NCBI RefSeq assembly: GCF_013402795.1
Contig: NZ_CP058595.1
Location: forward strand, 2,077,848-2,141,847
Source: Costertonia aggregata
GTDB lineage: Bacteria > Bacteroidota > Bacteroidia > Flavobacteriales > Flavobacteriaceae
Reading direction: 5' to 3'
DNA length: 64,000 nucleotides
Made by a program: the position numbers and the translations under genes
Notes under the pieces: generated by a model
What the model was told of the DNA's origin: nothing
The model's database searches: none
What the model saw: the letters and a program-made list of their open reading frames with translations, nothing else
Shown: piece after piece, positions 51,627-60,789 of the stretch
Layout of the letters: every line of letters begins with the position of its first letter
How positions within the stretch are numbered: the stretch's first letter is position 1

Positions 51627-52949
51627 TTAGTTTTCGGTTTTGTCTTTTGGCAAATAGTCTATAATCACTCTTTGGTTGGATTTTAGGTGCCTGTTCGCAA
51701 CCTCTTTTATTTCTTCCCTGGTTACGGACCTGTAAATTTCAATCTCCTTGTTGATAAGCTCCGTATCGCCATAAAGCACGTGATACCTTGCCAATGAATT
51801 GGCAATACCGGATACGCTTGAGTTGGAGTTCACAAACTGGTTCTCAAATTTGTTCTGGAGTTTTTGATAGTCGTTTTCGGAAATCAGTTCGTTTCTTACC
51901 TTTGCTATTTCTTCTTCCATTTCTGAAATCAAGGTGTCCAATGATGTTTCGCCAACAGGTAGGGCAAAGACTAGATACATACTGTAATCTTCTTGTGGGA
52001 TATTAAAAGCACCTACTTGTAAAGCCTGTTTTTGATCGTCTACCATTTTCTTGTATAGCTTGGAACTTTTCCCATCGCTTAAATACGTTGAGATCATATC
52101 CAACACATATGCATCACGTTCTTTAAAACCGGGCGTTCTGTAGGCAATGCCCACCGCCGGTATCTGTATATTGGCATCGTAGGCCTTTACCCTTTTTTCT
52201 TCGGTTATCGGGTCTTCTTTGGGGTAGTTGCGTACAACGTCCTCACCTCTCGGGATAGGGCCGAAATAATCCTCGATTATTTTTTTGGTCTCGGCGATAT
52301 CTATATCTCCCGCTACGACCAGAGCGGCATTATTGGGCACATAGTATTTTTTGTTATATGCTATAACATCTTCCAAGGTAGCAGCATCCAAGTCTTCCAT
52401 ATATCCAATATTGGGGTCTTTGTATGGATGTTTCTCAAATAGGTTTTCGCCAAGAACGGGTAATAACTGCCCGTAAGGAGAATTGTCGTAACGTAATCTC
52501 TTTTCTTCCTTTACCACTTCTTGTTGGGTGTCAATACCCTTTTGGTCAATAACTGGATGTAGCATCCGCTCGGATTCCATCCAAAGGCCTAATTGTAGAT
52601 TATTGGATGGAAACACCTCATAATAATACGTTCTGTCCTGTGAAGTGTTGGCATTGTTCTGCCCACCATGGGAAGATACGATTTCGAACCATTTTCCACG
52701 CTCTATGTTTTTGGTACCCTCGAACAGCAAGTGTTCAAAAAAATGAGCAAAGCCTGTACGGCCTTCGGTACGGTCTTTTCCGCCTACATGGTACATTACG
52801 GACGTGGTCACCACAGGTGCCGTATTGTCTTGATGAAGAATCACATGCAACCCGTTGTCCAGGTCGTATTCTTCGTAAGTGACTTCCTGGGCTTTTACGG
52901 CTACCATGGCAGAAAGCAAAAAGGTAGCCAAGAATAGTTTTCTTTTCAT
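51627..52949 (-). CDS. M16-family zinc peptidase (pitrilysin/insulinase-like), catalytic subunit
   Basis: Signal peptide. The inverted zinc motif HFFEHLLFEGT (HxxEH...E). Confidence 0.85.
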   Translation of the reverse strand: MKRKLFLATFLLSAMVAVKAQEVTYEEYDLDNGLHVILHQDNTAPVVTTSVMYHVGGKDRTEGRTGFAHFFEHLLFEGTKNIERGKWFEIVSSHGGQNNANTSQDRTYYYEVFPSNNLQLGLWMESERMLHPVIDQKGIDTQQEVVKEEKRLRYDNSPYGQLLPVLGENLFEKHPYKDPNIGYMEDLDAATLEDVIAYNKKYYVPNNAALVVAGDIDIAETKKIIEDYFGPIPRGEDVVRNYPKEDPITEEKRVKAYDANIQIPAVGIAYRTPGFKERDAYVLDMISTYLSDGKSSKLYKKMVDDQKQALQVGAFNIPQEDYSMYLVFALPVGETSLDTLISEMEEEIAKVRNELISENDYQKLQNKFENQFVNSNSSVSGIANSLARYHVLYGDTELINKEIEIYRSVTREEIKEVANRHLKSNQRVIIDYLPKDKTEN

Positions 52950-53124
52950 TTTAATCAGTGTTTTGTTTAAACCAATTTGATCAATAAGTGTACAATATAC
53001 TCGATTTGTTACACGTAACTAAGTTTTTTTCTATCCGATGCCTAGCCTTCCAAGGGTTTAACAACTTTTTATCATAAATCTTCTCTATATTTATTATATT
53101 AAGGGAAAAACAAAAGCCTAGAAC

Positions 53125-53577
53125 ATGAAAAATTTTACACTTCCCATTCGTTTTGGAATTGCTGCCAGCGGTTCGCTGATAGCTTATTTTTTGATACTTT
53201 CCCTTTTTGATTTGCATACCAATGTATTTTATAGTTTGTTTAATGGCGTAATTACAGGTTTTGCCATTTATGAAGCTATAAAATACAGGAGAATTAGGGA
53301 AGGTATGAACTTTAACTATGCGAAAGGATTTTCTACAGGCGTGGTAACTGGTTTTGTCGCCACACTTTTGTTCACGGTTTTCTTCGCCTTTTACTCCACT
53401 GAAGTGAATACCGATTTTTTAGCACAACTTTCCCAGGCTTGGTTCAAAAATTTTCATTTTGAAGGTATCGTTTTCTTTACTGTTGCCATCATGGGGTTTG
53501 CGACAACGCTAGTATTGACACTGTCTTTTATGCAATTGTTCAAGGCGAGTAATAATCTCAGTAAAAAATCGGTCTAA
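53125..53577 (+). CDS. DUF4199-like small membrane protein
   Basis: 4 TM helices. 150 aa. Confidence 0.45.
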   Translation: MKNFTLPIRFGIAASGSLIAYFLILSLFDLHTNVFYSLFNGVITGFAIYEAIKYRRIREGMNFNYAKGFSTGVVTGFVATLLFTVFFAFYSTEVNTDFLAQLSQAWFKNFHFEGIVFFTVAIMGFATTLVLTLSFMQLFKASNNLSKKSV

Positions 53578-53593
53578 AAACTCTAAAAATCAC

Positions 53594-53623
53594 TTGTGGA
53601 TTAACGAATTACCCCTATATTTG
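53594..53623 (+). promoter_or_regulatory. Bacteroidetes sigma-A type promoter candidate for rplU-rpmA: TTG - 19 nt - TATATTTG
   Basis: The -33 TTG at 53594-53596 and the -7 TAnnTTTG at 53616-53623, about 50 nt upstream of the rplU ATG. The consensus is from the published Bacteroides/Flavobacterium promoter motif. Confidence 0.45.
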
Positions 53624-53673
53624 CATCCGCTTATTGAAAAAGTAAGCGTTAATTTTAAATAAATATACACGCT

Positions 53674-54351
53674 ATGTATGCAATTGTAGAGATGGCAGGG
53701 CAGCAATTCAAAGTTGCGAAAGACCAAAAAGTGTATGTTCACCGTTTACAGACAGAAGAAGGGAAAAAGGTGACTTTTGACAATGTACTTCTTTTGGATG
53801 ACGGCAAGAACGTGACTATTGGCGCCCCAGCTATAAGCGGTGCGGCTGTTGAGGCTAAAGTCGTTAAACACCTTAGAGGTGACAAAGTAATCGTTTTTAA
53901 GAAAAAAAGGCGTAAAGGCTACCGCAAGAAAAACGGTCATCGCCAATCTTTGACAGAAATCGTTATTGAAAATATTGTTGCCAAGGGAGCCAAAAAAGCA
54001 GCTCCGGCAAAAGAAGAGAAGCCAAAAGAGGCTCCAAAAGCAAAAGCTGAAAAGGCACCGGTAAAAAAAGCGGCACCCAAAAAGAAAGCAGCCCCCAAAA
54101 CCGCTAAGGCAGATGATTTAAAAAAGATTGAGGGTATCGGTCCGAAAATAGCTGAAACTTTAACAGCAGCAGGAATCTCAACTTTTGCAGAATTGGCGAA
54201 GGCCAAATCAGAAAAAATTTCCGAAATCATTGCGGACGTTCGTGGAAACCACGTGACCGATACTTGGCCGGCTCAAGCTAAATTGGCGGCTGAAGGTAAG
54301 TGGGACGAGCTAAAAAAATGGCAGGACGAACTAGACGGCGGCAAAGCATAA
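53674..54351 (+). CDS. rplU: 50S ribosomal protein L21 with a about 120-aa C-terminal extension. The extension is a Lys/Ala/Pro-rich linker plus a DUF4332-like helix-hairpin-helix domain.
   Basis: The N-terminal 103 aa are canonical L21 (MYAIVEMAGQQFKV...). The C-terminal part reads KIEGIGPKIAETLTAAGISTFAELA...TWPAQAKLAAEGKWDELKKWQDEL. Confidence 0.9.
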   Translation: MYAIVEMAGQQFKVAKDQKVYVHRLQTEEGKKVTFDNVLLLDDGKNVTIGAPAISGAAVEAKVVKHLRGDKVIVFKKKRRKGYRKKNGHRQSLTEIVIENIVAKGAKKAAPAKEEKPKEAPKAKAEKAPVKKAAPKKKAAPKTAKADDLKKIEGIGPKIAETLTAAGISTFAELAKAKSEKISEIIADVRGNHVTDTWPAQAKLAAEGKWDELKKWQDELDGGKA

Positions 54352-54409
54352 TTGTTAAATCATATAGTCCCTATGGTATGTCCTTGGGATTCAACTAAAT
54401 AGTAATATC

Positions 54410-54670
54410 ATGGCACATAAAAAAGGTGTAGGTAGTTCTAAGAACGGTAGAGAATCAGAATCGAAACGGTTAGGCGTCAAAATATTCGGTGGTCAAGCTG
54501 CTATTGCTGGTAATATTATCGTTAGGCAAAGAGGAACAAAACATAACCCAGGTGAAAACGTATACGCTGGCAAAGACCATACTTTACATGCTAGAGTAGA
54601 TGGTTTGGTAAAGTTTGAAAAGAAAGCGGGAGGTAAATCCTATGTATCTATTGAGCCTTTTGAGGCATAA
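54410..54670 (+). CDS. rpmA: 50S ribosomal protein L27
   Basis: [24 protein letters not shown]. 86 aa. Confidence 0.97.
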   Translation: MAHKKGVGSSKNGRESESKRLGVKIFGGQAAIAGNIIVRQRGTKHNPGENVYAGKDHTLHARVDGLVKFEKKAGGKSYVSIEPFEA

Positions 54671-54693
54671 AAAACTTTATTCTTCAAAAAATT

Positions 54694-54726
54694 CAAAACC
54701 CTCACCAACAGTGAGGGTTTTTTGTT
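54694..54726 (+). terminator. Rho-independent terminator after rpmA (AACCCTCA-ccaacag-TGAGGGTT then TTTTTTG)
   Basis: 8-bp perfect GC-containing stem followed by a T-run. 25 nt after the rpmA stop. Confidence 0.7.
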
Positions 54727-54856
54727 ACCCGATTGTTAAGTTAATTTAAAGAACCTCAAAAATACAGGTAAAATTCATTTAAACTTAAAATTTTGTAAAC
54801 CTGCCTTTGGCCCTTAATGCAATTTCTTTGTGGCTTAACTCAACCACACTGGAAAA

Positions 54857-57730
54857 ATGAAAAATATATTGCGCATTACATTCATCTTTTTACCTTTTAT
54901 CTTGTTCGCCCAAACAGGAAATGTACAGGGAACCATATCCGATGAAAACGGGATTTATCTGCCTGGAGCCAACGTTATGATTACTTCTTTATCAAAGGGG
55001 GCTATCTCCGATTTTGACGGCAGATTTACTTTGATCGATATTCCTGAAGGCATGTATACTTTAAGTGTCTCGTATTTAGGATATGCAGACATTCAGCAAG
55101 AAGTTACCGTAAAAGCAAATGCAACCACTGAAATTTCTTTGTTTATTGAACCTAAAAGTATGCAGTTGCAAGGTGTTGAGGTTACGGCCTATGGTTTGAG
55201 TGGGCAATCCAAAGCCTTGAACACCCAAAAATCCAACCTCAATATCACGAATGTGGTGTCGACCGACCAAATCGGTAAATTTCCCGATGCCAATATTGGT
55301 GATGCGGTAAAACGAATTCCCGGTATTACCATGCAGGTAGATCAGGGCGAGGCGAGGAACATTATAGTACGTGGACTTTCGCCACAGTTGAATTCCGTTA
55401 CGCTCAACGGTAGCCGTATCCCATCCGCCGAAGGCGATAACAGAAATATCCAGATGGATTTGATTCCGGCAGATATGATACAGACCATTGAGGTCAGCAA
55501 AGCTGTAACTCCCGATATGGATGCCGATGCTCTGGGGGGCTCCGTAAATTTGGTGACCCGGACATCGCCCCAGGGGTTTCGGCTATCGGCCACATTGGGT
55601 TCAGGTATTAATTTTATAACGGATAAACCTATTTTGAACGGGTCGTTACTATTAGGAAATAGAAGTAAAAACGATAAGTTCGGGTGGATGATTGCCGTTT
55701 CAGGAAACGATAACGATTTTGGATCCGATAATATTGAAGCGGAATGGACAGATGAATTTGAGTTTAACACAGGGGTGCAGGATGCCGATGGGGAAGATAT
55801 TTTGGAAGAAATCGATGTTGACCCTTATGCCAATGTTTTTGAGCAAAGGGAATATTTGGTGCAACGTATCAGAAGAAGTTTTTCTGCCAATCTTGATTAT
55901 AAGTTTGATGCCAACAATACTGTTTTTTTAAAAACCATGTACAACTGGCGTGACGATAGGGAGAACAGGTTTCGGTTGGAACACGAAATTTTGGACGGCG
56001 AGGATATCGGAACTGGTGATTTTACAATTTTAAATAGATTGCCGGTGCGTTTTCCGGTAGAGGTAAAACGCCAGACTAAAGGTGGCATAGATAATACTAG
56101 AAATAAAAATAGGCGTTTGGAAGATCAACGTATGCAGAACTACAGTTTAGGTGGTAATCACCTTTGGGGCAATTTAAAAGTAGATTGGATGGGTTCTTTT
56201 GCGAAGGCATCTGAGGAGCGATTGAACGAACGCTATGCCGAATTTGAATCAGAGTACATAATAAACAATGATGTTTTCAATACAAGATACCCAAGATTTT
56301 CGGCCGCCGACGTAGCTGACGAAAATCTACAAAGTTTTGAATACGGTGAAATTACCGAAGAGAACCAGTTTACCGAAGAAGAGGATATCAATGTTTTCGT
56401 GAATTTTGAAATTCCGGTCGATATTTTTGGCAAAGGTGACGGAAGCTTCAAATTTGGGGCAAGAGGGCGTTTTAAAACAAAGTTGAGGGACAATAACTTC
56501 CTTGAATTTGATTTAGAGGACGATTTTCCCACCCTTGTGGATGTTCCGGTGAAAGATTATTCAGATTCCGATTATTTGGCGGGCAGTCAATATCTCATAG
56601 GCGCTTTTGCGAGTGAGGAATGGTTGGGCAGGCTAAATTTGACCAATGGGACTCCGGTTTTGGATGAATTTTTACCGGGTAATTTTGAAGTTATCGAAGA
56701 TGTGTATGCGGGGTATTTGATGTTCAATCAAAAAATAGCTGAAAAATTGAGTATTTTGGCCGGAATACGTATCGAAAACACCAACTTAAAATCCACGGGA
56801 AATAGCTTGACTTTTATTGAGGAAGATGAGGCCAATGGTATTGAAGAAAGCATTGAAGTTGAAGTGGTGAACGATGAAAACTCGTATACCAATATTCTAC
56901 CTGGGGTACATTTTAAGTATGATGTTTCACCAAATACGGTTTTACGTTTGGCTTGGACAAATACTCTGGCAAGGCCCAATTATGTAGATTTGATTCCCAG
57001 AGCGGAAATTTTGAGCGAAGATGATGAGATTATTTTGGGAAATGCCGATTTGGAACCCACCACATCAATGAACTTTGATATTATGGCCGAACATTACTTT
57101 CAAAGTGTGGGCATAGTATCGGGCGGATTGTTCTATAAAGATATTGACAATTTTATCTATACCTTTCAAGGTGAAACTACCGATGATACTTTTGGCCCGG
57201 GAACTAGTGGTTTTGAAACTTTTCAACCATTGAATGGCGAGGGGGCCTCTATTTTTGGGGCTGAGATTGCATTTCAGCGCCAACTGGATTTCTTGCCCGG
57301 TTTTGCCCGTAATTTCAGCCTATACCTCAATTATACCTTTTTGACTTCTTCCGCTGATGGCATTCGTAACGAAGATGGTGATGAAAGGGAAGATTTGGAT
57401 TTGCCCAATACAGCACCCAACATGTTCAATGGTTCTTTGGGGTATGCCGATAAAAGGTTCAGTGCCCGCTTATCGGTTAATTTTTCCGATAGCTATATCG
57501 ATGAGATTGCGGGTAACGATTTTGACGATAGGTATTATGACACTCAATTGTTCGTTGATTTTAATGCGACCTATGCTATTAACAAAAACCTGAGTTTGTA
57601 CGCCGATGTAAACAACATTACCAATCAGCCCTTGCGCTATTTTCAGGGCATACGTGACCGTACACAGCAGGTTGAATTTTATGGCCAACGCTTGACCTTT
57701 GGTTTAAAGTACGATTTATTCAAAAAATAG
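54857..57730 (+). CDS. TonB-dependent receptor with an N-terminal CarbD-like domain, 957 aa
   Basis: Signal peptide. TGNVQGTISDENGIYLPGANVMI. Plug and barrel regions. The ...KYDLFKK end. Confidence 0.85.
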   Translation: MKNILRITFIFLPFILFAQTGNVQGTISDENGIYLPGANVMITSLSKGAISDFDGRFTLIDIPEGMYTLSVSYLGYADIQQEVTVKANATTEISLFIEPKSMQLQGVEVTAYGLSGQSKALNTQKSNLNITNVVSTDQIGKFPDANIGDAVKRIPGITMQVDQGEARNIIVRGLSPQLNSVTLNGSRIPSAEGDNRNIQMDLIPADMIQTIEVSKAVTPDMDADALGGSVNLVTRTSPQGFRLSATLGSGINFITDKPILNGSLLLGNRSKNDKFGWMIAVSGNDNDFGSDNIEAEWTDEFEFNTGVQDADGEDILEEIDVDPYANVFEQREYLVQRIRRSFSANLDYKFDANNTVFLKTMYNWRDDRENRFRLEHEILDGEDIGTGDFTILNRLPVRFPVEVKRQTKGGIDNTRNKNRRLEDQRMQNYSLGGNHLWGNLKVDWMGSFAKASEERLNERYAEFESEYIINNDVFNTRYPRFSAADVADENLQSFEYGEITEENQFTEEEDINVFVNFEIPVDIFGKGDGSFKFGARGRFKTKLRDNNFLEFDLEDDFPTLVDVPVKDYSDSDYLAGSQYLIGAFASEEWLGRLNLTNGTPVLDEFLPGNFEVIEDVYAGYLMFNQKIAEKLSILAGIRIENTNLKSTGNSLTFIEEDEANGIEESIEVEVVNDENSYTNILPGVHFKYDVSPNTVLRLAWTNTLARPNYVDLIPRAEILSEDDEIILGNADLEPTTSMNFDIMAEHYFQSVGIVSGGLFYKDIDNFIYTFQGETTDDTFGPGTSGFETFQPLNGEGASIFGAEIAFQRQLDFLPGFARNFSLYLNYTFLTSSADGIRNEDGDEREDLDLPNTAPNMFNGSLGYADKRFSARLSVNFSDSYIDEIAGNDFDDRYYDTQLFVDFNATYAINKNLSLYADVNNITNQPLRYFQGIRDRTQQVEFYGQRLTFGLKYDLFKK

Positions 57731-57799
57731 ATAATTTCACTGCTGCTCAAAAACTGCCCTTGCAACGGTAGGGGTGGCTTTTGTCCTAAATTCAGATAT

Positions 57800-58819
57800 A
57801 TGAAGAAACTTTTGTTTTTAAGTGTAATATTCATTTTTGGTAGCTCATGCAATCAAAGTGAATTACCGGCAATAGCACCGGACATAATCACCGAATTTAC
57901 CCTTAATGATACTGATGACCCTGCCATATGGGTACATCCTAACGACCCTTCAAAAAGTATTGTTTTTGGAACGGACAAAGAAACCAACGGAGCTATTTAT
58001 GCTTTTGATCTGGATGGAAAAATAATAGCGGAAAAGACCATTGAAAATATTAAAAGGCCCAACAACGTTGATATAGAATATGGGTTTCAATTGAACGATT
58101 CGACCAAAACCGATATTTTGGTTTTTACCGAAAGGGAGCGGCAGCAAATACGCGTATTCTCGGTTCCCGATATGAAACCGTTGGATAATGGGGGATTTTC
58201 GGTCTTTGAGGATGAGGCCGTTCTGGAAAATAAATTGCCTATGGGCGTGGCATTGTACAAATCCCCAAGGGATGCGACAATTTATGCCATTGTGGGAAGA
58301 AAAACCGGACCTTCAAAGGGGTATTTGTACCAGTACAGGTTACAATCCGATAGTACAGGGGTACAAACGGATTTGGTTCGCAAATTTGGTTCTTTCAGTG
58401 GTAAAAAAGAAATTGAGGCCATCGCTGTAGATGATGAAAATGGCTATGTATATTACTCGGATGAAGGGGTCTGCATCAAAAAATATCATGCCGAGCCTTC
58501 TGCGGGAAATGAAGAAATAAGTTGTTTTGGCGGAGAATATTTTTTTGAGGATATCGAAGGTATCGCCATTGCGAACTATCCTAACGGAGAGGGTTATATA
58601 ATCGTTTCCAACCAACAATTGGGCGAGTTCAATATCTTTTCACGAAAAGATAATGCCTTTATCAAGGCAGTAAATTTGTCCACATATGAAACCGATGGTT
58701 GCGAAGTGGTTACCGTGCCTTTGAACGATACTTTCCCCAATGGGCTCTTTGTTGCCATGAACGATGAAAAGAATTTTTATTTTTATGATTTGGGGAAGCT
58801 ACAGCTTAAAAGCAACTAG
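57800..58819 (+). CDS. beta-propeller phytase (3-phytase, BPP family) lipoprotein
   Basis: Lipobox FGSSC. The BPP signature DDPAIW. ...DDENGYVYYSDE...DIEGIAI...ETDGCEV...FVAMNDE blocks align with Bacillus PhyC-type phytases. Confidence 0.8.
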   Translation: MKKLLFLSVIFIFGSSCNQSELPAIAPDIITEFTLNDTDDPAIWVHPNDPSKSIVFGTDKETNGAIYAFDLDGKIIAEKTIENIKRPNNVDIEYGFQLNDSTKTDILVFTERERQQIRVFSVPDMKPLDNGGFSVFEDEAVLENKLPMGVALYKSPRDATIYAIVGRKTGPSKGYLYQYRLQSDSTGVQTDLVRKFGSFSGKKEIEAIAVDDENGYVYYSDEGVCIKKYHAEPSAGNEEISCFGGEYFFEDIEGIAIANYPNGEGYIIVSNQQLGEFNIFSRKDNAFIKAVNLSTYETDGCEVVTVPLNDTFPNGLFVAMNDEKNFYFYDLGKLQLKSN

Positions 58820-60168
58820 TCAAACTTTTTACCGGCATCTATATTTTTCTGGGGCTCAGGATGCAACAATAAGATTGATAATATATCAAGTTTAGAATCT
58901 ATTTCATCTCTGTTTTTTCTTCTAATATAAGTTGACCCTCCATAAGTCCCACCATGGTTTTCATAATTTGTTATTGTAAATTCATGCAGCTTTGCGTCAG
59001 CATCTCTTACTTTTGAGGGCTTATTGACTATTAAATCGCATAATTTTTTTGGAACTTCAGTAATAATGTTGTTTTCTAAATTAGTAATGCAATGTAAATG
59101 AGGAACAATTGCATCATTTTTTGTTCTTAATTTTAAAAAAATCAAATCGTTTGGGACGTGGTTTTTATTGTGGCGAATACTTTGTTTCAGATTTTTGTTT
59201 AAATCTTTCTTTAGATTTTCATGATATTTCAATCTAAAATCAAGCAGCATCAAATTTAGACTTTTGGGAATATATGTTTCTAACTCCAATCTCCATTCAC
59301 AGAGTACGTAAAGATAATTGTTGATCAAGTAATTAACTCTACTCTTAAGCCTTTTTACCTCTTTAGATTTTAGATTGTCGGTTTCTTTGAAATATGAGAT
59401 GTAGGCCGCCTTTTGCTTTTCTGATAATCTTAGATATTCTTTAAATTGTTTTTTGTCTAAAATTGAGCTCATAAATTCTCGTTTCAAATCCCATTTTTCA
59501 AATTCACTCAAATAGTCATTATTGATATCTTTTGACGGTTCATTTTCTTCATAATCGTAAATAAATTCTGCTTGTTTGCTTGTCAAATTCAATGAAGCGT
59601 TCATGTTTACTATTTGTTCAGTATGAATTTTTTTCAACCATTTTTGTTCTGATGCTTCAATCTTATAAAACTCGGCTAACTTTTCCTCGCTTAAAAACCC
59701 TGATAATTTTTTACTTGCCACATTTAAATATAATTCGTGTTTACTCAATTGGTTTTTACTACCAGGCACATACTTTCCCCATTTCGCAAACACAACTTCT
59801 CTGATATCATTTAGAATGTTTTGAAGAATATGTAATTTTTTTTCTGTAAGCTGTAAACTTTTATATTTTTCCTGTAGTCGTTTAAATTTTTGGGTTTCAA
59901 AATCTATTGTAGATTGTTTTTCTTGAGTGTTTTTTCTAACCTTTTTTAATTTAACACGTTGCTCTTTACTCAATATTTTTTGTACGGATTTATCACACTG
60001 TTTTCGCTCTTTTTTTTCATCATAATCGGGGTCAATACTGAATTGGTGTTTTTTTAATAATTCATAGGTTAGGTTGTCTATTTTTTTGATTTGAACGTCA
60101 GATAAATTTAAAATTTCCCCAAATTTATCGGTAAACGTAATCGTATTTTTAATTTTCGGGTGTGCCAA
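58816..60168 (-). CDS. hypothetical Lys-rich cytoplasmic protein, 450 aa, with no recognisable domain. The gene is strongly AT-rich relative to its surroundings.
   Basis: A long intact ORF. Composition is about 28-30% GC by eye against about 38-40% for the flanking genes. It overlaps the phytase stop in a shared CTAG. Confidence 0.5.
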   Translation of the reverse strand: MAHPKIKNTITFTDKFGEILNLSDVQIKKIDNLTYELLKKHQFSIDPDYDEKKERKQCDKSVQKILSKEQRVKLKKVRKNTQEKQSTIDFETQKFKRLQEKYKSLQLTEKKLHILQNILNDIREVVFAKWGKYVPGSKNQLSKHELYLNVASKKLSGFLSEEKLAEFYKIEASEQKWLKKIHTEQIVNMNASLNLTSKQAEFIYDYEENEPSKDINNDYLSEFEKWDLKREFMSSILDKKQFKEYLRLSEKQKAAYISYFKETDNLKSKEVKRLKSRVNYLINNYLYVLCEWRLELETYIPKSLNLMLLDFRLKYHENLKKDLNKNLKQSIRHNKNHVPNDLIFLKLRTKNDAIVPHLHCITNLENNIITEVPKKLCDLIVNKPSKVRDADAKLHEFTITNYENHGGTYGGSTYIRRKNRDEIDSKLDILSILLLHPEPQKNIDAGKKFD

Positions 60169-60230
60169 AACTTATGAAGGTGGTATATGGTTTAAAGTTA
60201 CTGGTATTTTAGGACATGTAGAATTTTAGA

Positions 60231-60758
60231 TTAAAGTAGTTTTTCAGCTATTTCTACCCAAGAGCTCACTCTTTCAAAACCTTTTGTGTTTACATTATGT
60301 GGAGAGGTAAATTGTAGGCTACGGCCATTAAACCTCTCTAAATTGTAACTTCGGTCATCTATAAGCACATCCCCTTTCAAAATATGCTTATGACCGCAAA
60401 GAATTCTGTGTTGCCATGGGATAAATGGGAAATGCTCATCTAACCATTTGCTTTTCTCCTCTAGGGAGTTGGGAAATTGCATAGCGGCAGAGGCGATATA
60501 TACTTCGTGTTTTTCGGAAAGTCTTTTCAAAACTTCTTGGCTATGCGCTATGACTTTTAAATCTTTAAAGAAACCTTTTCTTGTAGCATGTTTTCGCACG
60601 CTATCTTGATGTGCTTTGGGCACCATTTGCCAAACTTCTGAACCCATACATGATTTAGGTGTAAGCCTACCGTTAAATTCATGATTGTAAATCTCTATGT
60701 GGGCCCCGTAGGTATCCGCAATAACCTCGTCCATATCAACAAATAAAACCATATTCAA
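60231..60758 (-). CDS. HAD-superfamily 5'(3')-deoxyribonucleotidase (NT5C-like)
   Basis: HAD motif I DMDEV at the N-terminus. 175 aa. A ...DD motif IV. Confidence 0.65.
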   Translation of the reverse strand: MNMVLFVDMDEVIADTYGAHIEIYNHEFNGRLTPKSCMGSEVWQMVPKAHQDSVRKHATRKGFFKDLKVIAHSQEVLKRLSEKHEVYIASAAMQFPNSLEEKSKWLDEHFPFIPWQHRILCGHKHILKGDVLIDDRSYNLERFNGRSLQFTSPHNVNTKGFERVSSWVEIAEKLL

Positions 60759-60789
60759 AAATTAGATATTCAATGACGTAAAATTAGTA

